NCBI GenBank assembly: GCA_040285745.1
Contig: JAUFOR010000002.1
Location: 1,922,001 to 1,986,000, forward strand
DNA: 64,000 nt
Reading direction: 5' to 3'
Origin: Barthelona sp. PCE
Taxonomy: Eukaryota
Shown: piece by piece, positions 62,928 to 64,000 of the stretch
Layout of the letters: each line of letters starts with the position of its first letter
Position numbering within the stretch: position 1 is the stretch's first letter
Position numbers and translations under genes: made by a program
Notes under the pieces: model-generated
The model's input: the letters and a program-made list of their open reading frames with translations, nothing else
Database searches by the model: none
What the model was told of the DNA's origin: nothing

Positions 62928-64000
62928 ATGAACTTCTCACGTACAATAAGCACTGAGGGGCTCCCACCAAAGCTGCAGCGAACGCTGTCCGAGACACAGC
63001 AGCAGATTCGAAGGGAATTGTTAAGGAAAACACAGCTCTCCATTCCTCTTTGCTTAAACGTTTCAAATACATCATCAATTGTACTTCCAATGACACCAAA
63101 GTCGTACAAGAAAGCGCCGACTGTTGTAGATGGTGTTATTGTCTCAAAACCATACGCAGATCTGCTCAAAGCAGTTCCTGAAAGAGTTATGGAAATGCAA
63201 AGGGCGCGTATATTGGGCCACACTGCTGTTGAAAAGATTCATAAGGAGCTACCACAATTTTTGTTGGAATGGCGTAATGCTCGAATGGCTAAAAAGGAGA
63301 AGAAAGAACGACAGAGAATCAAAGTGCTCCGAGAAAACGACTGGGAGGCATACACAAAGATGGTACATGAACATAACTCACATAAGATTGCAGAATTTGT
63401 TGATAGAACAACCACATATATGGTTGAGTTGGCTAAGCGTATTATGTACCAAAGAAATGAAGATGTCAACGAAGAGGCGGTTAGACGTGACTTCCTTAAT
63501 GTTTTCTCTTCGTTACATCATCAAACAGAAAATGTTTATCAACCTAAACAATTTCCTGATGGTCTACAGTTGAAGAAATATCAATTAGAGGGTTTAGAAT
63601 TCCTCGTATCTTTACATAACAACGAGATCAGCGGTATCTTGGCTGATCAGATGGGGCTGGGTAAGACGATCCAGACGTTGGCTTTATGCGCATATCTTCA
63701 AGAGGCACATGATTTTACTGGTCCATATTTGATTTTAATGCCGAAATCAACATTGGCAAACTGGCAACGTGAAGCTCAGAAATGGGTGCCCAATCTAAGA
63801 GCATTGTTGTATCATGGTCAGAAGAAAGAGAGAGAAGAAATGGCTGAGAACATCATCAAACCCGGGAAATTTGATCTCCTATTTACAACATACAGGTTAT
63901 CGATCACAGATGAAGTCCTCAAGAAGGTTAAGTGGAAATACATCATTGTGGATGAAGGTCACAAGCTTAAGAATAAGGCAACTCAGCTCTTCAAAGGGTT
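62928..64000 (+). CDS. SNF2: Snf2/BRM-like SWI2/SNF2 chromatin-remodelling ATPase (3'-truncated; absent from the ORF track)
   Basis: Frame 3 is open from the ATG at 62928: ERQRIKVLRENDWEAYTKMV (HSA/post-HSA-like), LKKYQLEGLEFL, GILADQMGLGKT, IIVDEGHKLKN. Confidence 0.9.
   Translation, partial: MNFSRTISTEGLPPKLQRTLSETQQQIRRELLRKTQLSIPLCLNVSNTSSIVLPMTPKSYKKAPTVVDGVIVSKPYADLLKAVPERVMEMQRARILGHTAVEKIHKELPQFLLEWRNARMAKKEKKERQRIKVLRENDWEAYTKMVHEHNSHKIAEFVDRTTTYMVELAKRIMYQRNEDVNEEAVRRDFLNVFSSLHHQTENVYQPKQFPDGLQLKKYQLEGLEFLVSLHNNEISGILADQMGLGKTIQTLALCAYLQEAHDFTGPYLILMPKSTLANWQREAQKWVPNLRALLYHGQKKEREEMAENIIKPGKFDLLFTTYRLSITDEVLKKVKWKYIIVDEGHKLKNKATQLFKG

Noticed and set aside
62897-63573. Short ORFs listed at the window end
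   Set aside because: They overlap the real frame-3 Snf2 ORF, which runs off the window.
1-64000. Alternative genetic code, tRNA/rRNA genes, transposons, CRISPR arrays
   Set aside because: All three stop codons terminate conserved genes at the expected positions, and no such elements were recognised by eye.

Overview
Very gene-dense, intron-poor eukaryotic DNA in the standard genetic code (TAA, TAG and TGA all act as stops). It most likely comes from an anaerobic flagellated protist. Flagellar markers are LRRC51 and DNAAF6/PIH1D3, the anaerobic marker is PFO, and one spliceosomal intron has metamonad-like branch-point/3' splice-site spacing; the taxon is inferred. About 24 genes: a giant single-pass surface receptor (5'-truncated), two LRR proteins, xanthine dehydrogenase, a Sec13/Seh1-like WD40 protein, a possible Dbf4, Vps23/TSG101 (two exons), PAP2 phosphatase, Clf1, Mre11, a P4-ATPase, class II fumarase, GAPDH, a beta-helix/multi-TM receptor, a Sel1-repeat protein, a Nup42-like protein, a long coiled-coil protein, a 3'-truncated Snf2/BRM and several hypotheticals. 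The highlight is one uninterrupted 3240-aa ORF (21409-31131, minus strand). It fuses two complete pyruvate:ferredoxin oxidoreductases, a flavodoxin and a Cys-type molybdopterin formate dehydrogenase (FdhF-like). This could be a self-contained pyruvate-driven CO2 reductase with the net chemistry of pyruvate formate-lyase, and it places a DMSO-reductase-family enzyme in a eukaryote. Also seen are two structured non-coding elements, a frameshifted two-domain gene and a FRAS1/FREM-like domain. All family assignments rest on motif recognition from memory; no searches were run.
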